Notes: a model not told the origin generated them from the letters alone. A DNA stretch of 64,000 nt from Hemiscyllium ocellatum (GCF_020745735.1 NC_083448.1:14072006-14136005), one strand, 5' to 3'. Positions 35,353 through 48,544 are shown, counted from the first letter of the stretch. Program-made: numbers and translations.

Positions 35353-36334
35353 AGTCTTCAGGTGTGATCTCTGAGATCACTGCTATTTGAGTCTTAACCT
35401 TCAACACTACATATCCCTAATGTTGCTGTTTTTTGACATATTTACAACCTCCTTAATCAGTCGTGAGGCAAACCCTGCTGAGAAAAAAATGCACCAGTGT
35501 AAATGCATGTCCGAAATGCATCAAATCTTCAATTTTGCTTCAGAGCAATTTTTCCAAACCAGAGGCCATTAGGATCCATTGGTGCAAGTGTATCAGGCGG
35601 CTGTTGTCATACTCCAACTTCAAATGGAGCCCAGACTGACTTGGGGAAAAATGAAGTGCTGATTACAAGCATCCTTCACAAAATAGGTTTGCACAGTCAA
35701 TTTCACTTGATCATTGAGTCCCCAAGACAGGTGGGTAATGATGTTAAATGGGGAACCACGCCCGGATCACAAGTTGGCAGAGTTGTTAATGTTTCTGGTC
35801 ATGAGTGCCATCTTTGATTGTCACCACTCTACCATTGGACCCGACATCCCAACCTCTGGAATCTCCTCCTGAAGTCTCTCCTCCTCATTCTCATCTTCCA
35901 AAATGCGCTTCAACACCTGTCTATTCCAACCAGCTTTTGGCCACCTGCCCTCCTGTGACTCAGTTTAAATTCCATCCCACAGTCCACCTGTGATTTGCAT
36001 CCTTGGGACATGTGATCACACTGTTGGCGCAGCCTGAATGTGGGTGGTTGTTTTAATAGCCGTTTGCCTTCGGAGGGTGTGGCAGGTCTCAAGGTGTCCG
36101 GGGATGTCCCCACTTGTTTCCTGCGGTGGCTTTGGAAAAGACTGTTGCTTCTTCGCTGGGTTAGCTCAAAAAACAGGAATTTCAATCTTAACTTGAACCA
36201 GTTGCTGTCAAATGAAGCAGTCCCAGGCCCCAAGAGAATAAGGAAACTTCAATCTGCGTTGAAACTGGAATGCCTGGGGGAGGCATTGTGGGCAGAGTCT
36301 AAATCCCACTCAGTGGTGGGAGTGTTCAGTTGTA

Positions 36335-36735
36335 AAGTGCAGTGGGAGCTGTCCTTCAAATCTATACCTGTGCTACACCAGTCTTGGGAGTTTTGATGGG
36401 GACAGTGTGGATGGAGGTTTCCTCTGTACCTCACCCCATGCTGTCCCTGTCCTGATGGTGTTTGATGGGGGCAGTGAAGAGGAAGCTTTGTTTTCAGGTC
36501 AAGAGAGGAGGAGGAACTTGGTTTTGTGTCTAGCCCACGCTGTTCTTGTCCTTGGAGTGTTTGATGGGCACAGTGTCAAGGGCGCTTCACGTCCAGTTTG
36601 ATTTCAGTTGAAAAGAATGGAGGAAGCTTTACCCTGCATCTAACCTCGTGTTGTCTCCGTCCTGGGAGTGTTTCATGGGGACAACATAGAGGGAACTATG
36701 CTCTCAAACTAACCCTTTGATGTCCCTGTCACATT
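36335..36735 (+). repeat. Degenerate tandem array of a ~69-70 bp unit
   Basis: gatggg(g)acagtg recurs at about 36394, 36464, 36563 and 36674. An orphan unit lies at 36960-37025. Confidence 0.75.
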
Positions 36736-37075
36736 AAAAACTTTAAAGCAGAAGTGCCAAGCATGCAACAATGATGTTTTAAGACAGGACAATAAATGGT
36801 AACTGGAAGAGCCTGTCTGTAGACCTGCTGCCTTGCTCTGTCTACAGAGTGCCTGTGATTGTACACCACAGCCTATTTCATGGTGGATCAGGATGGACAA
36901 CAGCATGTGGTACTGATCCTTGAGGCTAAAACAGAAACCATTCATTGTCCATGTAAAAGGCAATGTGGAGGAAGCTTTACTCTGTATCCCATCTGTGCCT
37001 GTGCTCTGAATGTGTTTGATTGAACTTTGCAACGCAAATAACAGTATCTTTGGTCAAATCTAAAGACAATTTGGT

Positions 37076-37422
37076 GGGTGACATGATGGCTCAGTGGTTA
37101 ACACTGCTGCCTCACAGCGCCACAGAGCTGGGTTCGATTCCAACCTCAGGCCACTGTGTGGAGTTTGCACATTCTCCCCGTGTCTGTGTGCTCTGGGTGC
37201 TCCGGTTTGCTCCCACAATCCAAAGATGTGCAGGTCAGGTGAATTGGCTATGCTAAATTGTCAATAGTATTCAGGGATGTGTAAGGTTGGGTGCATTAGT
37301 CAGGGGTAAATGTTGACTAATAAGGTAGGGGAATGGGTTTGGAAGGGTTACTCTTCAGAGGATTGGTGTGGACTTGTTGGGTCAAATAGCCTGTTTCCAC
37401 ACTGTAGAGATTGACTATGATG
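37076..37422 (+). mobile_element. HE1-type V-SINE
   Basis: Full head and tail. Confidence 0.9.
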
Positions 37423-38391
37423 ACTGACCTGAGGGTTTTCCAATACACGTTATTTGTTGTGTTTGAGAGTCAGTGGATGTGTGAGAGACAGAGGGAAAAA
37501 TTGAGAGGTGTGGACAGGTGAAATTTGGAAGGAAAAGATTTTTTAATAGAGGTCACTAGTCTCTGATCATGGATGAATCTTGTCTTTTTGTTATTCTCCA
37601 TGGGATTCCACTCTGTGTTCCTTGCACAGGACCAAATTACAGAAAGAAAAACTCTAAACAATTTTGCCCCTTCAAAACTTAGAAGGTGATATCTTGTGCA
37701 TCGTGAAAAATATAGCATCAGCCTCTCGGAGTTCTTTGGGAAATTTTCCACGTAATTTAATTGCAGTGGTTCCAGCTGAAGGAATGAAGACCTGCTGTGA
37801 TTAAATTAACACTTGGACTTAGGTTTTCACTGAACCCATTAGCTGTTGAATCAAGGGTCTGAATATCTGATTCAATTATTGTTACAGATCAACAGGTTCT
37901 GGGACAAGCTGTCAGCTTATTCTTTCCCGTGGATTGTGTTTTCATCAACTGAGTTCTGCTGTTTTCTTTACATTGTGGCAAATCCATTGTTCGTTGTCCA
38001 TCCCATCAGCCCTTGAAAAGATTTTGGTACCTTAATCTGGCACTGTCCCAGTGATGTGTGGGTGCACCGATCTGTCAAGGAGTTACCTTCACCATTTTCA
38101 CCTGGTCATGTTGATGGGACACTGATCCTTTTCCAACTTGGCTGGGGTGCTTGCAGGGGGTAGTGTCCCCTCATGTGTGCTGGCCTAGTCCTTGCGAGTT
38201 TGGAAGCTGATGTCGAAGGAGCCACGGCAATTTGCTGCACTGCATCTTGTAAATAGTACGGCTGCCACTGTGTGTGGGTGGTGCGTGGAGTGAATGTGCA
38301 TAGGGCTGCTGTGTTCTGGATGGTGCCCGAGCTGCTTGAGTGTTGTTGGAGCTGCCCCCATCCAGGCAAATGGGCAGAGTACTCTCACACT

Positions 38392-39379
38392 TGTGAATGT
38401 ACAGTTGGTTTGAAAGGTCATTTTGCCTTGGGTTTTTGTTTGAAGTAAGGTTGTAAAGGCAGAGATGCCAAACTGGCTATTGGACACGGCTTAAATGAAC
38501 AATGTGTGAGGCCTTAAGGTTTTCTTCAATGTTGGAACAATGGAACAGTCTGAATGGGTTTGACCAGCTCTCTCAGACCAGGCTTTCTAGTTTTGTTTTA
38601 GCTATGGCAGTCATGAGCTGTTTGGGTCTCAGAAGATATGAGAGCTTCAGTGAATGATTCCGAGCTGCAGCTTTCTCTGAATTTTCACTTGATGTGCTTT
38701 CCTCCTGGTTTGGAGAACTACATGTAAGAATCTTTGTTTGAATTTGCCTTGTTGCCAATGAGTCCCTTTATTTATTCTCTCAAGGGTGTGGGTGTTGCTG
38801 GCTAAATCTTCATTTATTGCCCAAACCTAATTGCCCAGAGGGCAGTTCAGAGCCAAACGCACTGCTGTGGATCTGGGATCACATGGAGGTCAGATCAGAT
38901 GAGGATGGCAGTTTCCTTCCGTAAAGGACATTAGTGAACCAGATGGGTTTTTCCAACAATCCAGAATGGATTCCAATCGTCATTATTAGACTCTTCCAGA
39001 TTTAACTGGGTTCAAATTGCACCATCTACAGTTGCGTGAATCAAACCCACGAACATTAGCTGGGTCTCTGGATTAACAGTCTCGTGATAATACCACTACG
39101 CTATTGCCTCCCCTTGTTTATGGGATGTCACGATATTGGAACAGTTACTTAGTAATTGGTGCTGTATCTATTATTTGGTTAAGTTTTCCAATAATTAAGT
39201 TATTCTAAATTCCTCTTTCTTTTGCTTGTATTTTAATTCCAGTGTTTAAATAAGTGGTGTTTGGCTTAACATCGAGTAGTTTGACCAGTTGCATCACATC
39301 TGTCTTTAAAATTAGACAAACTTAGGGACTGGGCTGTATTTTTAACATATTATGAGGGGATGTGCTTTGATCCATGACG
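38392..39379 (+). mobile_element. Solo LTR-like element containing a SINE
   Basis: tgtg...catgacg termini, flanks cact/catt, homology to 14858-15456. Confidence 0.6.
38770..39112 (-). mobile_element. SINE family B
   Basis: Reverse complement of the 14226-14573 type. Confidence 0.85.
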
Positions 39380-40344
39380 CATTCCTGACTTAGGCTGTCC
39401 AGATGAGGGACAGGCTTTGGGGAGTCAGGGGATGAGTTACTCACTGCAGTATCGCTAGCCTCTGACCTGCTCTTGTAGCCACTGTGCTTATGTGGCATCC
39501 AGTTCAGTTTCTGGTGAATGATAACCCCAAGGATATTGATAGCAAGTCCAGTTCATTGTCTTGAAACTTGACTCACTCATTTGCAACTGGGTGGTCTGAC
39601 ATAAGCCCAGGGTGTGCCCGTAAATGTGACGTTTGCATTTTGCAGTGAACCGAGACAAGTGTTCTGCTAGATCATTCAAGGTCACGTCACCATGTCTACT
39701 TCCTGTGTTAGAAGAGGGATGATGTAAGCATTGACACAGGAAGTGCCAATAGTCAGTCAGAGGCAAGTCGTGTGTCACTCACCGTTGGTGTTTTGACGAT
39801 GCTTGTTCTGGCCCTTACTGTGTTAACGCAAGGTGCTGCTTCGTTCTGCTGGCTGAGGACATGAAGCAAATTCATGCAGAGTGCCGAACAGAGCACTCCA
39901 AGAGAAGTGATTCCAACTGCTGAGTCCCAGCATTTGCTGAGAACTGGAAGTGAATGGCTGTGCCGGGAGGTGGCAGACTGGACTCAGAAGTGTGCAGTAT
40001 GATGCATTGCCTGAAATTGTGCAGACAACAAGAAAGCACATGACCTGCAGGGTGTGCAGGGTCACGAACTGGTGAAAATTGGTGAAGAGGAAGCCTGGCA
40101 GAAACAGAAATGGACTGTGCACAAGCTTAGTAACCATCAAGGGCACCCAGCTGCTCCAATGTGAGTTTTTGTTACACTTGAACTAAGTTCAGGCTGTCAT
40201 TGTGTGACTAAACAGTCACCTACGTTTCTCTTTCTCTTCTGTCATAAGGCCAATCAGTGACTGTTCTGAAGGAAAATTGGTACTGGGGATTTATTAGCAA
40301 ATATGCATCCAACAGTTTTATTTGACAGGTTGTGTTTTTGAGTT

Positions 40345-41700
40345 AGAGAAATGCAGGAGATATAGACCAGTGAGCCTGACCTCGGTGGTGGGCAAGTTGT
40401 TGAGGGAATCCTGAGGGACAGGATGTACATGTATTTGGAAAGGCAAGAACTGATTTGGGATAGTCAACATGGCTTAGTGCATGGGAAATCATGTCTCACA
40501 AACTTGATTGAGTTTTCTGAAGAAGTAACAAAGAAGATTGATGAGGGCAGAGCAGTAGATGTGATCTAGCAAAGTTAGATCTCATGGAATACAGGGAGAA
40601 GTAGCCATTTGGATACAGAACTGGCTCAAAGGTAGAAGACAGAGGGGGCTGGTGGAGCATTGTTTTTCAGACTGGAGGCCTGTGACCAGTGGAGTGCCAC
40701 AAGGATCGGTGCTGGGCTATCGACCTTTTGTCATTTACATAAATGATTTGGATGAAAGCATAAGAGGTACAGTTCGTAAGTTTGCAGATGACCCCAAAAT
40801 TGGAGGTGGCATGGACAGCGAAGAGGGTTACCTCAGATTACAACAGGATCTGGACCAGATGGGCCAATGGGCTAAGAAGTGGCAGATGGAGTTTAATTCA
40901 GATAAATGCGAGGTGCTGCATTTTGGGAAAGCAAATCTTAGCAGAACTTATACACTTAATGCTAAGGTCTTAGGGAGTGTTGCTGAACAAAGAAACCTTG
41001 GAGTGCAGGTTCATAGCTCCTTGAAAGTGAAATTGCAGGTAAATAGGATAGTGAAGAAGGTATTTGGTATGCTTTCCTTTATTGGTCAGAGTATTGAGTA
41101 CAGGAGTTGGGAGGTCATGTTGCAGCTGTACAGGACATTGGTTAGGCCACTGTTGGAATATTGTGTGCAATTCTGGTCTCCTTCCTATCGGAAAGATGTT
41201 GTGAAACTTGAAAGGGTTCAGAAAAGATTTACAAGGATGGTGCCAGGGTTGGAGGATCTGAGCTGCAGGGAGAGGCTGAACAGGCTGAGGCTGTTTTCCC
41301 TGGAGTGTCGGAGGCTGAGGGGTGACCTTACAGAGGTTTACAAAATTATGAGGGACATGGATAGGATAAATAGACAAAGTCTTTTACCTGGGGTCGGGGA
41401 GTCCAGAACTAGAGAGCATAGGTTTAGGGTGAGAGGGGAAAGATATAAAAGAGACCTAAGGGGCAACTTTTTCATGCAGAGGATGGTACGTGTATGGAAT
41501 GAGCTGCCAGAGGATGTGATGGAGGCTGGTACAATTGCAGCATTTAAGAGGCATTTGGATGGGTATATGAATAGGAAGGGTTTGGAGGGATATGGCCCGG
41601 ATGCTGGCAGGTGGGACTAGATTGGGTTGGGATGTCTAGGAGGTGTGGATGGGTTGGACCGAAGGGTCTGTTTCCATGCTGTTCATCTCTATGACTGTAT
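40345..41700 (+). mobile_element. 5'-truncated CR1 (HER1-like) LINE, the youngest copy in the window
   Basis: YRPVSLTSVVGK start, RT domain, 3' UTR ending ctctatgactgtat. Confidence 0.95.
40652..41620 (+). pseudogene. CR1 ORF2 reverse transcriptase C-terminal remnant (322 aa open)
   Basis: SGVPQGSVLG, KFADD, WQMEFNSDKC and LVRPLLEYCVQFWSP motifs. The upstream part is frameshifted and lacks the DFSKAFD region. Confidence 0.93.
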
Positions 41701-41966
41701 GTGCATTTGTATCATGTCTTGCACATCCTCGAGAATTCCCCAGCTTCTCTCTAACTGTGTCTTTTTTCTTGACCATCCCATTCAGAAGGGGTTTAATAAT
41801 TCACACTTTGGGCCTTTGGGTGTGTTCCATTGCACCAGCTCACCAGCAGACTTTGAGTTCCTTTGAGCACCATTTGGGGAGAATGGGGGCTACAAGGAGA
41901 CGGGCTGATATCAGCCCCCAGCTTTGCTCCTGCCACTTGCTGGCTTGATCTGCTCACTTCCTTTTT

Positions 41967-42284
41967 ATTAGATTAGATTTCCTACAGTGTGGAAACAGGC
42001 CCTTCGGCCCAACCTGTCCACACCGACCCTCTGAAGAGTAACCCACCCAGATCCATTTCCCTCTGACTAATGCACCTCGCACTATGGGCAATTTAGCATG
42101 GCCAATTCAACTGACCTGCACATCTTTGGACTGTGGGAGGAAACCAGACCAGCCAGAGGAAACCCACGCCGTCACAGGGAGAATGTGCAAACTCCACACA
42201 GACAGTTGCCTGAGGATGGAATCAAACCTGGGACCTTGGTGCTGTAAGGCAGCAGTGCTAACCACTGAGCTACCCTGCCACCCC
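41967..42284 (-). mobile_element. HE1-type V-SINE
   Basis: Full copy. Confidence 0.9.
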
Positions 42285-42366
42285 CTTTTGAAGGAGTTCA
42301 TAGAGTTTGGGGGCATTGCAGTGAAAGTGAGCTAGCGTTCTCTCTTTCATTGTCATAGAATACAAT

Positions 42367-42675
42367 CATGGAATCCCTACTGTGTGGGGACAGGCCCTTC
42401 AGCCCAGCAAGTCCACACCGACCCTCTGAAACGTATCCCACCTGGACCCATTCCACTACCCTATGACTCTATATTTACCCCTGTCTAATCCACCTAACGT
42501 ACACATCCCTGAACACTATGGGCAAATTTAGCATGGCCAATTCGTCTAACCTGCACATCTTTAGACTGTAGTAGGAAACTCGCGCAGACACGGGGAGAAT
42601 GTGCAAACTCCGCGCAGGCAGTCATTCGAGTCCCTGGCTCTGTGAGGCAACAGTGCTAACCACTGGGCCACCATG
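42367..42675 (-). mobile_element. HE1-type V-SINE
   Basis: Near-full copy, adjacent to the previous one. Confidence 0.88.
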
Positions 42676-42764
42676 TCTTTCTCTCTCCCTCTCCCTCTCC
42701 CCCTCTCTCTCTTCTCTCGATTCCAAAAATTATGGAAGCTGGGAGTTCTCCTGTTTTTTATGAC

Positions 42765-43392
42765 AGAGTGTTTAGCACACTTGCCTTCATGGGTCAGATC
42801 TTGGAGTACAGGACTTGGGCTGTCATATTGAAGTTGTTCAGGACATCTGCGATGCCTCTTGTGAAATATTGTGTCCAGTTCTTGTCACCCAGTTACTGAA
42901 AGGATATTATAAAGATGGAGAGGGTTCAGAAGAGATTTACCAGGATGTTGCCGGGTGTAGAAGTTTTGAGGTGTAAAGAAAGTCTGGATAAGCTGAGACT
43001 ATTTTCAATTGGGCATGGTAGGTTGAGAGGCGATCATACAGAAGTTACAAAGTAATGAGGGGTTACAGATAACACTAATGGCAGATGTCCTTTGCCCAGT
43101 ATATGGGGGCATTTTAAGACTTGGGGTCATATTTTTAAGGTGAGATAAAAGATTTTAAAAAGACATGAGAGGCAAATTTTTACATAAAAGGTGGTTTCTG
43201 TGCGGTCTGAAGTTGCTGAGGAAGTGGTGGATGTGGGTACAATTACAATGTTTAAAAGTCACTTAGATAACTGCACTAATAGCAAAGGTTTGGAGGGATG
43301 TGGGCCAGGAGCAGGCAGATTGGTCCAGTTTAGTTTGGGATTGTGTTCAGCATGGACCGTTGGACCGAAGGGTCTGTTTCAGACTCTGTGAA
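42765..43392 (+). mobile_element. CR1 3' fragment
   Basis: EEVVDVGTITMFKSHLD remnant and tail. Confidence 0.85.
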
Positions 43393-44179
43393 CAGTCTCT
43401 GGTTGAGCAACAGTGACGATATCCAGGTACATGTGGAAGTGTGTACTAGGGTGGAATCAGCTCCAATACTTGAGGCAGGCAGTGATGTAACTTGGATGGG
43501 GGCTTCCTGTTACACAACAACACATCGGTGTTTGAGGCAGGAGTAGAGACATTGGGTGCATGTCCTTCAGTAAGGAGGATGGCGAATGGACTCGAGTCTA
43601 AAATTCTGAAAGCTTTAAGCCTTGAATTTGCAGGTTGTTCTGCCCAGCCAGTTTGATTTTTCTTCCTCCTTATTAAATGTTACTGGGCCACAAATATTTC
43701 ATGTCAGAAGCATTCACTGCGGCCTCTGTCTTTGAATTATTCATGATCCCTGATTTTTTTTAACAAGGAAAGCAATTTAGAGGAGCAGCAGCTATAATGA
43801 ACTGCTCTTGGTTACAACAGCATTAAACGTTTCTTATGAGAGTAGAATTTACGAAGGTTAATGATAGCCACTTGGGGTTTGGCAGTAGTGTGGAAGCAAC
43901 AACCCTGGTTTAGGTTGCAACAGCATGAAATTAGCTTCATGATTGTTAAATGAAGGCGGAAATTGTGTGTCAAGATCCTGATCGCAAGGTGTCCCCCACC
44001 CCGACCCGCTCTAACACAATTTCAGCACCTCTTCTACAGGCTCTGACTTCCTTGCTGAGATTCTGTTAACATTGACAGGAGGAAGCAACAGCTTCTTGGC
44101 TCTTGCATGACCCCATCCAAAAGGTGGTCTTCTGCTGCCCTGGCTTCATGCTGCTCAACTCAGTTGCTGCACAACTTGT

Positions 44180-44494
44180 GGGCGGCACGGTGGCACAGTG
44201 GTTAGCACTGCTGCCTCACAGCGCCGGAGACCCAGGTTCAATTCCCTACTCAGGCGACTGACTGTGTGGAGTTTGCACATTCTCCCCGTGTCTGTGTGGG
44301 TTTCCTCCGGGTGCTGCGGTTTCCTCCCACAGTCCAAAGATGTGCAGGTCAGGTGAATTGGCCATTCCAAATTGCCCATAGTGTTAGGTAAAGGGGTAAA
44401 TGTAGGGGTATGGGTGGGTTGCGCTTCGGCGGGTCGGTGTGGACTTGTTGGCCCGAAGGGCCTGTTTCCACACTGTAAGTAATCTAATCTAATC
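44180..44494 (+). mobile_element. HE1-type V-SINE (young, CpG-rich)
   Basis: gggcggcacggtggcacagtggttagc...gtaatctaatctaatc. Confidence 0.95.
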
Positions 44495-44672
44495 CAAAAA
44501 CAAACCTCCTGAGGTGGAGTCACTCAGATCAGTCTCAGGATCGAACCACTGTCTTGATTGTACCAAGGTAGACCTTGCACTAATCAAGTGAGGTACCAAC
44601 AAACCATCAATCTGCACTGTGACATCCTTGCATGGAAACCTCCAGCCAGGCGACAAAGACTATTGTCTAAGG

Positions 44673-44992
44673 GAGGAGGCAACAGCACAGAGGTATAGTC
44701 ACTGGAACTGTTTGTCCAGGGACCCAGGTAATGAGGAGCTCCGACATGAATCTCACCATGAATTAAACAACAATATGGAGTTCAGAATCTCGTGATGACC
44801 GTTAAACCATTGTCTGATGTCAGAAAAATCCATCTGGTTCACTCATATCCCTTGTGGGAGGAAAGTACAGTCTTTACCTGGTCTGGACCTCATGTGACTC
44901 CAACCCCCAACAATGGATTTGCCTCTTACCAACCCTGTGGACAATTAGGGATGGCCAATAGATGCTGATCCAGCCAATGACACCCACATGAA
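44673..44992 (+). mobile_element. SINE family B
   Basis: aatccatctggttcactc...aattagggatggccaatagatgctg. Confidence 0.75.
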
Positions 44993-47149
44993 CTAACAGT
45001 TCCATTAGAAAATGGCTGTGAAAGTGTTAACCCAATCCCTGAGTAGAACCTCCAGCCATTCTGCGACGTCACACAGTCACTGGATGGTACTTGGCTGTTT
45101 TGCCACTTGCATTCAGAGAGTTACATTTGGAGTGAGTGGGCACTTTCTTTGGAGAGACGGACATGTCTTTTCTACCTCGAGTTTGTTATGGTTAATGTGC
45201 TTCAGGGTTCGTGCAGCCCAGTATATATTTACCTGGCTACCGCGAAACTTAGCTTGGTACCTCAGACATGTCTGTTTTGCTGAGACAGGTTCTCAGTTCA
45301 TTCTTCACAGAGATTCTAGGGAGGCTAGAGATCAGCAGGAAGAAGGCATTTCATGGCACCGGTCTGCCCCAAACAGAAGCCACCAGTGGTTGCCATTCAG
45401 CATCAGACCTAGGTTAACCAGGACAACCTGACATGTAACCCAGAGATACCAAGATTTCCTTGATGCACATGAGCAGTGTTGGTCCTGAATTTCAGCAGAG
45501 GAATAGAGCTCAGCTCATGAATTTAGACTTAATCAGACCTAATCCACAAAACATAAGCAAAGTTTAAGTGGAAACTGTCTCACTGCGAGATTAGATTCAG
45601 TATTGTTCATCCAGCGTATCAGGATAAATGATTGCTCGGTCACCATTTTCAACTTGTGTAGCATCTTTACCTGAGTTGGAGATGGGTGACTGAAGGTTTA
45701 CGGTGAAAGACCGTATGGGTTATGACTGAAAGACGCAGGTGTGCAACGTTGTTCGAGGTCCCACCTTTTAATGACATTCGGAAAGACTGTTTTATTTCCA
45801 GGCTGACTTCCCCCATAGCCACTTGCCTCTGGCCCACAAACACCCTGCCCGATGAAGTGCTCAATGCAACTGCACAGATTTGAGAATAAAGCAAAGAACC
45901 TTGGGAAGCACAATGAGGACATCCCTCCCTCCAAGATGCTCATCTCATACCGTGTAGTTCAAAGCCACACCATGAATTTTGGGGGTTTTAAGAGTCTGGT
46001 TGAAAAGAAGGCAAAGTCAAGGGCTGTCTTTGGGTTTAGAATCCAGAGTAATACCATTTATTATGCATTACCAGGTGAAGCAATACTGAGTATGAATTAT
46101 AGATCCCTCAGGGTCTGATTCATAGTTAGATTAGGACATGACGTATTTCTTTTGTTCATGTGTTCATTACCATGTGCACTTGTGAGAACCCCCCAGAGAG
46201 TCCTCATTGAGTGTTGCGGAGTCTGGTGTCATTTGGATTGAATTAACTCCACCCACTCTGTGCTGATTATGCTCACTGATGTGCAGCTCTTTGGCATCAA
46301 CTCCAGCCTCCTCAACCCTCTCGGATATCAGAAGGATCGAGGAGAGCCCCCTGGGACGCTGGCAGCTCTTGCGGGGAGCTGGTTCATCAGTGGCCACAGT
46401 GGCACCATCACTGATGGTACATGGGGACTCTGTTGCCGTGGCTTTGAGCTGCTGGAATCAGATTTCTTGCCCTGTCGGTGAGCGCTGAGCCCTGCAGCTA
46501 TGCCACAGTAATTAGGCAGGTAACCTTTGGCCAAGGGGAAACAGTGAATCAAAGTTGCGGATCTTCTTCAGATTCCAACAACCCTTGCAGGCTACTGTCT
46601 CTGAGCAAATGTCAGATGTGTACAGAAGCCAGGATCATGGCAATGCATCCCACAGGACATGAGAATGAATACCAGAAGTACATTTGCAGTGCGACGTTGT
46701 CAGAAGCTGCATCTTTTATTTACAAAGTGACAGCGCTGCAAGGAATCCGCGTCAAAATAAAATAGATTTTGTGAATTATTTAACCAGGTTGCCTGATGTT
46801 TTATTTATTTTTTAATATTTCTGCTAAATTTCGCTGCTTGCGAGGAGAGACCTGCAGCTTTTTAGAAGAGTTGTTTTGCACTTTTCTTTTGAAGGACAGG
46901 AGCTCCAAGCCCGTGACACCACCGAAGTTGTGCAAGATAGACTAGGGCTTGAGATGAGGCACGAGGAGGTGGTCATGGAGCAGATCCAGGCTGAATTCTC
47001 AGAGAATTACAATTGACAGGAAAGGGGGTAAGCAGCCAATGTTTTGAGCTGGCTGAGGAAAGGGTGACAGAGTCTGGGTCCCAATACCATGAAAATGTAC
47101 TGGGAGAGTGACAAATTGTTCATAACAGAGCAACAGGAACTGAGAATAC

Positions 47150-47470
47150 AGCTAATGTCTTTTCCCCAGGTTGGGGAAGTCCAGAACTAGAGGGCATGGG
47201 TTTAAGATGTGAGGGGAATGATTTAATAGGGACCTGAGGGGCATGCAGTGGGTGGTGCGTGCATGGAATGAGCCGCTAGAGGAAGCGGTAGAGGCTGGTA
47301 CAATTACAACATTTAAAAGGCATCTGAATGGGTATATTAATAGGAAGGGAGTAGAGGGATGTGGGCCAAGGGCTGGCAAATGGGACGAGATTAATTTAGG
47401 ATATGTGGTTGGCATGGACGAGTGGAACCCAAGGCTCTGTCTGTGTGCTGCACATCTCTATGACTCTAAC
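47150..47470 (+). mobile_element. CR1 3' fragment
   Basis: VVRAWNEPLEEAVEAGTITTFKRHL. Confidence 0.9.
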
Positions 47471-47719
47471 TCCCCTATTGTTGAAGCAGGTGGTGTGACA
47501 AAAAAAAGTATGACCGTGGAAATGTTTTCCCCAAGACTATGCTTGGTGCTTTCAAACATTGAGACAGCCTCCCCCCCCCCCCCCCCCTCCCAATTCAAAT
47601 AACTTGGTGAAGGTCATTAAGTCTGAGTCTGGTGATTGTAATGTTTCTGGGCTGAACCTGGAAGGAACAGTCTCATTTGAATGAATGTTACTCAAGGTTA
47701 CCCACGTGGTAGGGTGGTT

Positions 47720-47935
47720 CCTTCTCTTGCGCTCCTGGGCTCTGGCCCGAGGCTCAATGAAAGTGAATGCTGTCTCTCTCCTGACAACTCCTGAACTTGA
47801 AATTTAACGAGGCGGCCCGTTCCAAGCAAGGCCCCAGTGGACACTGATCACAAGTCAAAGACGTCCATGGAGTTGACAGTAATTGGCATCAGTTCATCAG
47901 TCTTGCTCTGAGACAAGACAAGGACACGTGAAGTG
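47720..47935 (+). mobile_element. Possible ancient LF-SINE-related remnant
   Basis: Motif order ccagtggacac..cacaa..taattggca..cagtct..caaggac resembles the recalled LF-SINE core. Confidence 0.3.
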
Positions 47936-48544
47936 TGGAAATAATAACAAACGGATGAGACTGATGGAATATGAAAAAAAAGGAAATTAAGTCGTGGCAG
48001 GTAATAATGAAGTGCCGCTGTGACTGTTCTGTTTACACAATCTGTTTCTTATCGCATATGTTAGCAAATTAATGATCATTTCTTTTAGAATTCTATATTC
48101 ACGTTCAATGTATTTATTGCAGTATCTTCTCACTGACTCGACTGTTTATTTTAAAGTTTCAATTTTTAAAAATTTCTTAGAGAATGTTGTGGATATTAAT
48201 ATTGAGGAATGTAGTACTTTGCTCATAATTTCATTCGGTGTTCAGAACAATCAGGTGAACTTCAGGGATGATGTGTAACAAAGCCCTGTTCCCAGCTGCT
48301 CCATCAAACACTCCCGGTTGAGCTGGGGTGAAATACAGAGTGGGGCTTCCTCAAACCTGTCCCCACTCCAAGACCAGGTACAACACTGACGAGATGTCGC
48401 GAAAAAGACTCTCTTGTATCCCCAGCAAACGCTTTCGAGACACACATTCTAAACTAGACAGACTGTCTACACTGTCCCTTGTCAAAGCTTTTGCCAAACA
48501 TTGCCAAGCTGTAATGTAGCAAATGAAAGGATGCTTGGAAATGA

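Larger units (their letters stand above)
38010..39620 (-). mobile_element. CR1-clade family B fragment split by an LTR
   Basis: GAAPTTLKQL..IQ remnant. Resumes at 39380. Confidence 0.7.

Noticed and set aside
36335-36735. CRISPR-like repeat-spacer array
   Set aside because: Vertebrate DNA, degenerate tandem units without unique regular spacers, and no cas genes
40652-41620. Functional RT gene or retron-like system
   Set aside because: Ordinary 5'-truncated CR1 lacking the endonuclease and RT N-terminal motifs
44180-44260. tRNA genes at SINE heads
   Set aside because: The A/B boxes continue into the HE1 body and tail, so these are SINE promoters rather than tRNAs
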